A stretch of 64,000 bases of DNA from Podarcis pityusensis (taxonomy: Eukaryota), in assembly GCA_964106645.2 (NCBI GenBank), contig OZ067040.1, one strand, 5' to 3'. The notes below the pieces were generated by a model. The model searched no databases. It saw only the letters and a list, made by a program, of their open reading frames with translations, and was not told the DNA's origin. This document shows positions 39,117-49,531 of the stretch, one piece after another. Made by a program: the position numbers and the translations under genes. Positions within the stretch are counted from its first letter, which is position 1. Each line of letters starts with the position of its first letter.

Positions 39117-39793
39117 GCAAGATGATTAGAAAAGAGTAGCACATGGTAAAATAGAGGGCATAAAAAGATCCTCCAGTTCATACACAGAAAAGGAGGATGG
39201 GAATAGAAATAGAAACAAATCAACCCCTGCCTTTAAACAGAGAGGCACCTATATGATGCATCAGATGCCAGGAAGATGTAAGGGGGGGGGAGTGGCAGAT
39301 GAAGCCAGATCATCTGAAATGGGCGAGGGTCCTTGCCTCCCAAGTGCACAAGGCCTTGCACATTCCAGTTGCCTTTTGTCATCCTATCTTCTGATCTCAC
39401 CACAGAATGGAACTACCAACTTTTGAACCAGATGGAACAGTTACTTGTCTCCTGAAGCAGAAGGTACATGCACAGCACATATTAGCATCTTTGAGCTGGC
39501 CTTTCATTTACTGTGAAGTCACTAAAGCAATAGTGATGTCATCAGCTTTCATAGAAACAGAATACTAATAATTCTTGGATAAAAAGTTGCATTTCACTGC
39601 CAGATATATATTGTCCTGATCCATGGAAATCTATCAGTTTAAAAGACAAAACAGTGTTATGAGGTTAGTAAAAAAAATTAATAGATGCCTAATGATTAAG
39701 GTTTTGACTTAATCTACAATTAATAAGATTTTCCTGTCCGTAGACTTTGAAAGGAAAACACCAACTTCAAGCAGAAAGGCCTTCTGAAGAATA

Positions 39794-40192
39794 ATGGAAT
39801 TTATTAATATGAGTGTGCTAGAACTGTCAGAAAAACTACCACAGCTAAGAGAAAATGTCAAGAAACTGAATGACAGGTTCATGGCTTTGCTAAACATCAA
39901 CCCAAAAATGCAAAAAGCAAAAGCAGGGACTAAAGGGTACATCAGCAGTGATAACTACAGGTACTTTAAGCTATTTTTTAGAAAAAACCAACAACTTAAG
40001 CAGTACAAGGAATTGAAAAACAGGCTTGAAAATAAAAAAGACAAGAAAGATTGGAGCAAAGGGAAATTTGCTGCTTTGCGGAGACTGTTTAAGAGGCTAA
40101 GCACCTGGGGAACCCAACATAAAGAAGAAATAGATGAAGATCAGGAACTGATTCCACTAGATTTATTTGATGTTTCCTGTGACACAACATAG
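39794..40192 (+). CDS. Uncharacterised 132-aa Lys-rich protein; possible orthologue of the small ORF gene (C1orf202-like) between DESI2 and COX20
   Basis: 399-nt ORF in AT-rich DNA, strong Kozak (ataATGg), acceptor ttttcctgtccgtag ending at 39743, AATAAA at 40248-40253, no transposon motifs. Confidence 0.6.
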   Translation: MEFINMSVLELSEKLPQLRENVKKLNDRFMALLNINPKMQKAKAGTKGYISSDNYRYFKLFFRKNQQLKQYKELKNRLENKKDKKDWSKGKFAALRRLFKRLSTWGTQHKEEIDEDQELIPLDLFDVSCDTT

Positions 40193-41802
40193 GTTATATG
40201 AATTTTCCTTACTCTTCTCCCCCCCCCCCCACTTCTATGCCTAAAAAAATAAAAAACTAATTGAAAAGAACAAACTTTGTCCAGCTTTTCAATGTTATTA
40301 ATGTACAGGACCTATTTACTGGGAAAGTGATGGTGATCTGGGCTGGCTTTAAAATAAATTTAAGAGAAATGCTATGAAACACGTGATTAGTGCACAAAAG
40401 CTTGGGAGCTTATTTAGTTCAGCAAAGTAACAGGAAGCATGTCCTTTGAAAATACTATCAAGACTGATCGCGTAACAGGTATTTGCATAGACGTCAGCTT
40501 TGCCACCAACACAAAAGGCTGTTTGTGGGGGGAAAGCTCTGCATCCAGCATCTATGCTGCCTGAAGTGTGACCAGTGCTGCTGGTTTGAGTAGCACAATC
40601 ACTTGGGGGGAGCCATTCACATATTCCTGCCTTCCTGAGAAGCTGTCAGCTTGGATGGCACTGATCACGTCAGAAGAGGGAGATAGTTCAGAGACTGCAG
40701 GAGCAGTCACTCAGCCTCCTGTTACATTTACAGTTTCATAGTTCGTCATTCGCCAGCTTCCATTATAGTTAATACATTCCTACCACATGTAAACCTATTT
40801 AGACTCAGTGTTGCCCTGAGGAAGGGCAGCTTTACGAGCATTAGTTGACACTGCCTGTCATTGGCTCTTTCCACCTCCTGTTGGCCTCTCTGACATCCAC
40901 CCCACCTGTCCCAGTGGGCACCAGCCACCACTGACAACGTGTATGCTTGCCACCCAGAATGGTGGGCAACCCAGTCAGATGGTCAGGGTACAACTATAAC
41001 AACAACAACAAATGCACATTTTAACCTTTTTAAACTTTAAGTTATTATGTGTCCAAATATTATCCAACCATTGATGCAAACCATGATTACATAATTGTTT
41101 GGAACTTTGAAATTATTTTTTAAAAAACCAAACAGAGATTTGAAACATTGCAGGTGTCAAAGCATAACTAAGCAGTATTATGGCTGCAAACAGGAAAAAC
41201 AAGCTTCCTCTCAGTTCAATGTAGATAAAAAGACTATACTTCCACCCAAAGTAGATGAATGTGGGTCCACAGCAGGCTCTCCTCTAAAATTATGTCATCA
41301 GGATGCGCCCTGAGTAAAATGAAGAGACGATCTACATTTTTTAAAAAGCTACAGCATCTTCACAGACAACCACCAGATGGCATATGGAACTAACTTTTCA
41401 TTCATCGCAGATACAGTATGTACTTGAAATCTGTATCTTACGAATGTCAGAAATCTTTTCAGTCAAATAACTTTGGCAGTCCCCTGTAAATACGCACTTT
41501 CCCCCTAAATCTCTGGGCAGTGCTGCACCAGCAAGTGAGGAAGTCACTGTAAACTTCTCTCCTCATTCCATTGATTTTCTGTCAGCTGTCAGTCATGCTC
41601 ATGTAAATAAATTTACCTTGCTTTTCCAAATTATTCAAAATAGGAAGTATGATACAATAAAATAACCTCTTTACATTTTCTTGTAAAAGGCCTAATAGTC
41701 AGTTTAATATATCTTATATTTCTGCTAAGAAAAAGTCATCAATATATTTTTAAATGAAAGGAAAAATGTATTTATTTTTTTGTTACACTTCTGTGTCTAA
41801 CC

Positions 41803-41977
41803 CAGTGCTTTTTTTCTGCGGGTATGCAGGGGGACGCATACCCCTAAACATTTTGTGAATGTTGTGCACTTTTGTCCATTTACTGTATTTATTTTTCCCA
41901 ATTTGAACTATAAAATGGTGAATTTCTTGAGTAAAAATGAGAGTACACCCAAACATTTTTTAAGAAAAACAGCACTG
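41803..41977. mobile_element. Short hAT element
   Basis: TIR cagtgcttttt / aaaacagcactg; TSD gtctaacc/gcctaacc. Confidence 0.72.
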
Positions 41978-43084
41978 GCCTAACCCATAGTATACCAATC
42001 CATAATCCAAGCATAAATAATTATGTTTATATTAAAATTATGTAAAGCTCCATGTATTTTTCAGTTGAGCAATCTATAACTGCATGATATAAAATAAAGG
42101 ATTATTTACCTAGTCCTCGGTACAGCTCCAATACTGCTTTACCATCACCCTGTTTCCTTCTATTTCATACTATGCCACAGAATAGCAACAGAATAACTAC
42201 AGACAAAAGCAAATAAAATAAAATTTCAGTATCACTTTTCAGTGCTTGCAGTTCTTTTTCTCATAAACCACAAGTAACACATCAGTGAAAGTAATAATAC
42301 AGAACTAATGAAATTATTACTGCCACTGGCATATAACCTACTAGCTATTTATGTGAGATAAAGAATATGGTAAGCACTATTTCAGTTATCATAACATAAC
42401 TTGTATTTTGATTACTGAAATAAGCCTTAGGATTTATTTATTTTGATTACTGAAATGAGCCTTAGGATCTGTTTCCTGTGGCAAAAGGTAGGGGGGGGGA
42501 ATGTAAGCCTGGGGGGGGAATCCATCATAATTCTTAAGCAGAACTATTTCCATATGCAAATAAAAAGAATTAAAACTATTTTAACTATTGGGATAATTTT
42601 TGTGCATATTGGATTTTGACACTGTAGATTCCTTTTCATCAGTCACTAACCTATGCAGTTTTTTAATATGAAACACAGCAAGAATCAAATATATCCCTTT
42701 GCAGCACTCCTAAGTGCACGGAAAGATGCTTTGTGCTGGCCAACAGGCAACGGCTTTTTCCATCTGCCTTCAGCCCTAGGAGCCTTACTAAGTAGAAGGG
42801 TAGCTTCTCTCCAGCCAATAGATAACGCTACTCAGCTTATATCCTCTTGGCTTTTTTTACCTCGTACTCCATAGAATTACAACATGGTAGAGTTGGAAGG
42901 GATCCTCAAGTCATCCAGTCCAACCTCCTGCAGTGAAGTAAATTTTGTTGCCTTGCTAGTAAAAAAACAACAACCACCGCCTGCTGTGTTTCTCTGTAGT
43001 TGTGGTCTCACAAGGGTTTTGTGTGTTTTTCACTTATGTCTGGAGGGAGATGTGGGTAACTGATGTGTTTTACAGAGGCCAGGA

Positions 43085-43827
43085 CAGTGACGGATTTATA
43101 TAAGCTAAACAAGCTATAGCTTAGGGCCCCACTCTCTTGGAGGCCCCCCAAAAAATTAAAGGGGAAAAAACTTTGATAAAATACATATTTTGTTATGTGC
43201 AAATGGCTTTAGGTACCTATTAGGTCTATCACCTTGCCAACAAAGGTCCGAATACTTAAAGCTATGGTTTTCCCAGTAGTGATGTATGGAAGTGAGAGCT
43301 GGACCATAAAGAAGGCTGATCGCCAAAGAACTTATGCCTTTGAATTATGGTGCTGGAGGAGACTCTTGAGAGTCCCATGGACTGCAAGAAGATCAGACGC
43401 ATCCATTCTTAAGGAAATTAGCCCTGAGTGCTCACTGGAAGGACAGATCGTGAAGCTGAGGCTCCCATACTTTAGCCATCTCATGAGAAGAGAAAACTCC
43501 CTGGAAAAGACCCTGATGTTGGGAAAGATGGAGGGCACAAGGAGAAGGGGACGACAGAGGACGAGATGGTTGGACAGTGTTCTCAAAGCTACCAGCATGA
43601 GTTTGACCAAAGTGCGGGAGGCAGTGGAAGACAGAAGTGCCTGGCGTGCTCTGACCCATGGGGTCACGAAGAGTCGGACACGACTAAACGACAACAGGTC
43701 CATAAATTACCATATAGCATATATTCAACACAAAAAACAGCGGCAATTTGCTGTTGACAGCTGGACATATAAAGGGTCCCATTACCTTCGGTAGCTTAGG
43801 GCCTCATCAAACCTAAATCCGGCCCTG
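43085..43827. mobile_element. hAT element hosting a nested BovB
   Basis: TIR CAGTGACGGATTTA / TAAATCCGGCCCTG (12/14); TSD ggccagga/ggcctgga. Confidence 0.75.
43227..43695 (+). mobile_element. BovB (RTE) LINE 3' fragment
   Basis: KAMVFPVVMYGSESWTIKKA...AFELWCWRRLLRVPWTARRS...HGVTKSRTRL; aggtc on both sides. Confidence 0.93.
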
Positions 43828-43949
43828 GGCCTGGACGTATGTCATACTAAGTGTTACTGTGCTATAGGAGGAGATCAGGGGCGCTTTGCTCTGCCCTTGG
43901 TGTTTCTGCTGCTGCTAAGCCATGGTTTGCTTTAGGGAGTCATCCAAAC

Positions 43950-45200
43950 TTGGGCTCTTCGGGGGTTGTCATTTACAACTGCGAGGGAGGGGAGGCTGAG
44001 AGAAATCCCTACGGGCCTTTGCAGCTGGGTCGTCCTAGTCCACCCCTCGAGTCACCACACCACGCCCATGTTTCGCGCTTTCGTTTCGGAACTCTTCGAA
44101 TTCACATGCCCGCCTTTCCGCAGACGAGAATAAAAGTCCAGATAACATGAAGATTTCTTCCAGAAGCAGCAGCAAGCCGTCGCGGCTTACTTGCGAGAAC
44201 GTCCCGCAATTTTCTTGCCAGCCTTATTACGAAACACTTGCGGCAGCCTGGCCGCCAGGAACGTGGCTGGGCCGCCAACCGCCCTCGTTAGTCTTTAACT
44301 GCTGCTGGTTTATCCTGAGGCGCTCCTCGCCCCGCCCGCCATTAGGCGCCATCAAACACCCTGACGCGACGACGTTCGTGGCGGGAGCAGGACGCGGGAG
44401 CGCGCGCGCGAGGCTGCTGGTTGGGAGGTGGGGGAGGGTGAGAGCGGAGGGAAGCGGCGCGCTCCCGCGCAGGCGCGCGCGCTGCTCCGTGACCCATCTC
44501 ACTGAACAAAGGATTCCTTACTCGAAATCTCCTCTCCAGACCTAAAATGGCGCCGGCCCTCTTTCTCTCCGAGCACCATAGAGTTAGAGGAGGGGCCATA
44601 CAGGGGAAAGGAGGGGGAGGGAGGAAAAAACCCGGGTGGACGGCAGAGACGGATGGGTAGAGCGGCCGCCTTCGTCTGCGCGAGAGGCCTCTCTGCGCAA
44701 CTCAGGCTTTAGGGCTCTGTGGTTTAGCTGCGGCGGTTGGTCGGCCGGGAGAAGCCTGGCAAGCGGGGTTGTTATGGCGGGCGAGGAAGAGGTCGGGGAC
44801 GCGGAGAAGGTAAATGAGCTGGGAGCGGAGGCAAGGCGCCGTCGGCGAGCTCCGCGGTGGCTGCTTAGGGCCTCCCTGGTGTTCGTTGGCTGTGTGGACG
44901 GAGGAAGGGGCTGCGGCTTCTGTGCCGTCAGAGCCGCGCGCAAACCGCCTCGACGTGACGAGGCTAGCAGGGCTCGTGGAGCCAAGTGTTGCCTCCCCAG
45001 CAGCGGACTCCCGGTAGCCGGGTAGCCTTTTTTCTGTTGGCCCTCCCCTTCCAGCAGGTACACTGCCTCTGAGCGTGGAAGCTCTATTCAACCGTCGCGC
45101 CTTATCGCCCTGGTAGACCGCACCTTCCCTAGGAAACCGAGGCTCGCTTCAAACCACTTAATGCCCGATATATTTCTGAGTCCACATAACGCGTCGCACG
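43950..45200 (+). promoter_or_regulatory. CpG island / COX20 promoter and exon 1
   Basis: CpG-dense; NRF1-like GCGCAGGCGC near 44467; YY1-like AAAATGGCG at 44544-44552. Confidence 0.85.
44774..44809 (+). CDS. COX20: COX20 coding exon 1 (MAGEEEVGDAEK)
   Basis: gttATGg Kozak within the CpG island; AAG|gtaaat donor, phase 0. Confidence 0.88.
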
Positions 45201-46754
45201 GCCATAAGTGGACCATAATACTCGTTTTGTTTACTCAGGTTCCTTTGTCACAATCGCTGGCATTTCTTTTCTTTTTTAAAAATACTAATAATTTAAAATG
45301 GTTTTTAATCCTGCCTTCGAGGAAAACAGAGGGCTATACTGAAGACATGACAACCGTAGCTCCAAAGAAATTTTGATCCATTGTTTTATGCCCTGACCCT
45401 GAATGTTTGGGCAGACAAGTGGAGGCTTTTATAGCTGCAATCCAATGCACACTTACATGGAAGGAAGCCTCATTGCGCTCAGTGGGTTTACTTCTGTGTA
45501 GACGTGTATAGGATTGTGCTATAAATGGAACCTTTGCTATTGGAAGAAAATGTTTTCCTTTAGAGCAGATGCATCTATAGACCTGCCAGCTTGCTGCAGC
45601 CAGAGTAGAGGAAGGTGGGGAAAAGAATTTTTCCTCCCATTGTTCCGGTTCAGACCAATTTTGTGAGCATGTTGGGTGGAGGTGGGCAAAGCAGTCTTTA
45701 TGGAAGCTTCAGATCCACGACTCTCCCAATACATCCCCATAATGCCTTGTTTAGACCTGCACTGCTTGTGAGACATTTGCACTTTCCGGTTTCCAAGGGG
45801 CCTCAACAGCTTAATGTTGTTTCACCTGGAAACTTCTCTCCAGCTGTAGAACAGCGCTCACAGTTTCCTATTGCCGCCCCCCCACCCAGCGGGCCTTCAA
45901 CTGGTTGTAGGATTGCAGCATTAACTTCTTCCCCCGACCTCCCCCCCCAAATGCAGTGGTACCTCTACTTATGTTCGCCTCCGGTTACGTATCCCTTACT
46001 AAATGCAGGTAAAATAAAAATGCCAAATTTAGAGCACTCTTGTATTTTTAAAAGAATGGTGATGCAAAGTGGAAATTTGTATAGGATTTTCTTCCACTGC
46101 ATCATATGGTGCTGAGAATTCAATAGAATCAGCATGCGCTCACTCCTGTCAAAACTCCAGGAAAGATAGGAACCACTGCAATGTGGAGCCTTCCAACCCA
46201 GAAGGATGGCTCAGTGTCACTGATCAGTGTGTCAAATCCTGAGAAATTCAGCAGGATCAATATGGTCATGCTGCACTATCCAAACTCAAGTATCCCAAGG
46301 TATGGTCTGAAGGTATATGAGGCCACCATGAAGAGAGAGAGGTGGGATATCAATGTAAAAAATATACAAAAATCAAGCATAGCCTTTTATATACCACATT
46401 GGGAATGATTTTTCCTTCAGGTGGATGGTAGCTGCAAAAGATCAAGGTGATTTGATGCATGCTTTGTCCATTGGTATGAGAATGACAATGAGAATAACAG
46501 AATAACTTTTCAACAACTTCACCCCACCCCTTTAAAAAGCTACTGGAGAATAATGTAGTAAGATAAATTAGTTTAAATGGTTGTGTCCTTTTCTTGTCCT
46601 TTTGGTCCAGTGGGAAAACTACATGTTTTTTTCTTTTTGCTCTACATCACTATTAAAGGGACAGGAATCATCTACTGTACTAAATGCAGCACTTCAGAAG
46701 GTTCTGTACATAACCAATGCATTGTTTAATGTGATATATTTCATTTCTTTCAAG

Positions 46755-46869
46755 TCTTTTAAGCTACTGGGAATACTTGACGTCAGAAATGTCCCTTGTG
46801 CTCGAGAATCAGTGCTCTATGGCTCATTGGGTGGTCTAACTTTGGGTCTTGGACACTTTTTGGCAACCA
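46755..46869 (+). CDS. COX20: COX20 exon 2 (SFKLLGILDVRNVPCARESVLYGSLGGLTLGLGHFLAT)
   Basis: PCAR.S.LYG motif; ttcaag acceptor, A|gtaagt donor, 115 nt. Confidence 0.95.
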
Positions 46870-47593
46870 GTAAGTAAAAGTAAATCTGCAGATATTTCTT
46901 TTTATATGTAATATTTTCTTTGTTTCCATTCTCTCTTTGTTTCCATTCTCTCTTCTGGTAATACTTTGCTCCATGCAGCAATTAATACAGCGCAACAGCT
47001 GACATAAAGTGTTGCTTGCATCCTCTCTAAAACCCTTCCCAGAAAAGGTGTACATACAGCACAATCAGTCTCCAAAACATTGCATACCAATTGTTCTTTA
47101 AAGTTCTTGGGGTATTCATAAGCATACCTCAGAAGCTGAGAATAATTAAGAGGGTTCCTTTCTCTTTTTTTAATAATAGTTTTTATTAGTTTCAATTAAA
47201 GGTAAAGGTAAACAGTAATAGCCTCATTATAACAATACCAATTTATAAGAGGGTTCCTTCCTTTGGCAGCCAGTAGTTCTAGAATCTAGTCTTTGTCTTG
47301 TTCGACAGGCTGCATTTCCTCCTTTATTGACCTTTTGTCAAATTTTATGAGGTTAGTACATGTCAAATTACTGCAAATTTTGTGTAGCTCATTCTGTTTA
47401 ACTTGTTGTCTCATTTGTTTGTGCAAATGTTATCATAAAGATTATGCAAAGCCAACTATATCTTCAGAAATAGTTGGCTAAATACTTCTAAAATACATTT
47501 CCTACGTTGTTTTTCTGTTAGTTCCTTTTCTTCTTGTCCAGTTGTTATGTTGTCTACATAACTTAAAAATGAACAAACTTCTTTTCTGCCTAG

Positions 47594-47657
47594 GCAGAGT
47601 GAGACGATCCTGTGACTTTGGAGTGGGAGGTTTTATCCTGACAACATTAGGATGTTG
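47594..47657 (+). CDS. COX20: COX20 exon 3 (SRVRRSCDFGVGGFILTTLGCW)
   Basis: cctag acceptor, TG|gtatgt donor, 64 nt. Confidence 0.95.
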
Positions 47658-47734
47658 GTATGTACGTTTCTGAAATTCTCAGACTTGTGTTGAAGATGTG
47701 AGTGGATAGGCTTTGAGTGGATTCTTCCTACAGC

Positions 47735-47910
47735 CCTAGGAGCCAGCTCCTAGAAACCTTTGCGCACCCCCTAAAATATTTGAGGGAACCAGGTCCCCCA
47801 AAGTTGATGAGCATTGCCATTCAAATGGTGTGTGCCATGCCTTATGAATAATTATGCAGCATGGGGCTTACCTGAGCCCACCCAATATTTTACTCTAGTT
47901 GGCACCCCTG
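47735..47910. mobile_element. hAT-like element
   Basis: TSD cctacagc/cctacaac; homologous to 26699-26892. Confidence 0.6.
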
Positions 47911-48732
47911 CCTACAACTCAGCACATGTAATCACACTAGTGTACCAGGCTATTCCTGGAAATATATGACATATTTATACCTTCTGCACCCTACTCCAGC
48001 TGTCCGTTGCTTGGGAGGGGTCTTTAAATAATATGGTGGTACAGTATAACAATCCAAATTCACATCCAATATCTTCACTGATGCAACTGAGAGATGGCAG
48101 ACTCCAATGTTGCATGAGTGGACTTGTTTCTGCAATGGAACATTGCCTTCATCTACTTTCTGCAGACTCTACATATCTCCCCCAAGTGCCTTGTCTCCCA
48201 AGCAGATTTTGTGGGCATTGTTATTTTATGAAATTTGTATACTGCCCTTCATCCACAGATCACAGGGTGGTTCACAACATAAAGTTTTTAAAAAACCCAA
48301 AATAATAATGAGCAAAAAGACCAACCACCAATAAATCTCCCTCCCACAAGCACTTTTTTTTTAAAGGGTGTAAGATGTTCATCAGCCAAAGGCCTGGTTG
48401 AAGAGGAATGTGTTCACCTGTTGTCTTAAGGTGCATAATAAAGGTGCATATAGTGGATTGAGAGGGTGTGAGGAAGGTGAAGTCCTATTGTGCAGGCAGA
48501 GGTCTGTTCCCTTTGTACAAAGCTTTCTTTAACTTTTCCCTATGTGCACATCTATTCCATGTTTTTGTTTGCAGAATACAGTTACTTAAGAAAAAGTTGT
48601 GTAAAGCATTTCTATCTTCTTCAAAGTACAGGCTGGTTCAATACTATACCATCTGAATAAATACTGGGAGTTCTTATTCTCTAAAATAGGATGGGGATCA
48701 TTCATTATTTTGTTGTTTTTTTCTTTATTGAG

Positions 48733-48868
48733 GGTCTACTGTAGATACAATAATGCAAAACTAAGGATTCAGCAACGAATGGTTCAAGAAGGGATGAGAA
48801 AGAAAATTTTGTATGAAAGCACCCAATTTGATCCAGAGAAAAAGAAAAGTGAAGAAAGCCGTTCTTGA
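48733..48868 (+). CDS. COX20: COX20 last coding exon (VYCRYNNAKLRIQQRMVQEGMRKKILYESTQFDPEKKKSEESRS*)
   Basis: CRYN.AK.RIQ and KILYE.T..DPE motifs; ttattgag acceptor; total 351 nt = 116 aa; AATAAA at 49225-49230. Confidence 0.93.
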
Positions 48869-49313
48869 AACAGCACTTGGTTGTGAACATTTCTAAGCAC
48901 AATACGAGCCATAGCTCATTTGCCGAGCATTAGGAAACAGTTCAGTTGACTGCCCTGAAGCTCCAAATCGTATTTTTCATTTATTCTCACTTTCAAATCA
49001 AGGGTAAAGCATATGCAATCTGATTTACTTTCCTTGGGGAAGGGGCAGTAGATGACACTTGATGTTTAACCCAGGATTCTAGAGCAGCACAAGATAACCG
49101 TGATGCTTGTAACACTTCTTCAGAATGTCTTAAACTAGTCTTGAGCTGGAAGCAATTTGAGTTTGCAAGGTTGCTCAATAATGTTACAACTAATCTAAAG
49201 TTGCATACAAGCATCTTTTTCCTCAATAAAATTTATCACTTGCATCATGCCCTTTCATTAGAATACTGTTTGCATTAAATTAAGCTAAAGAAGGGAATCG
49301 TTCTAGGAAAGTA

Positions 49314-49531
49314 CAGTGGTACCTCGGGTTACATACGCTTCAGGTTACAGACTCCGCCAACCCAGAAGTATTACCTTGGGTTAAGAACTTTGCTTCAGGA
49401 TGAGAACAGAAATTGTGCTCTGGTGGCAGCGGGAGGCCCCATTAGCTAAAGTGGTGCTTCAGGTTAAGAACAGTTTCAGGTTAAGAACGGACCTCCGGAA
49501 CAAATTAAGTACTTAACCCAAGGTACCACTG
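49314..49531. mobile_element. Tc1/mariner MITE, CAGTGGTACCTC family
   Basis: TIRs + TA both sides. Confidence 0.85.

Noticed and set aside
43234-43794. 186-aa ORF as a host gene
   Set aside because: It is the BovB ORF C-terminus reading through into hAT sequence.
44147-45091. Several 85-160-aa ORFs in the COX20 CpG island
   Set aside because: GC-rich chance ORFs; only MAGEEEVGDAEK fits the spliced COX20 model.
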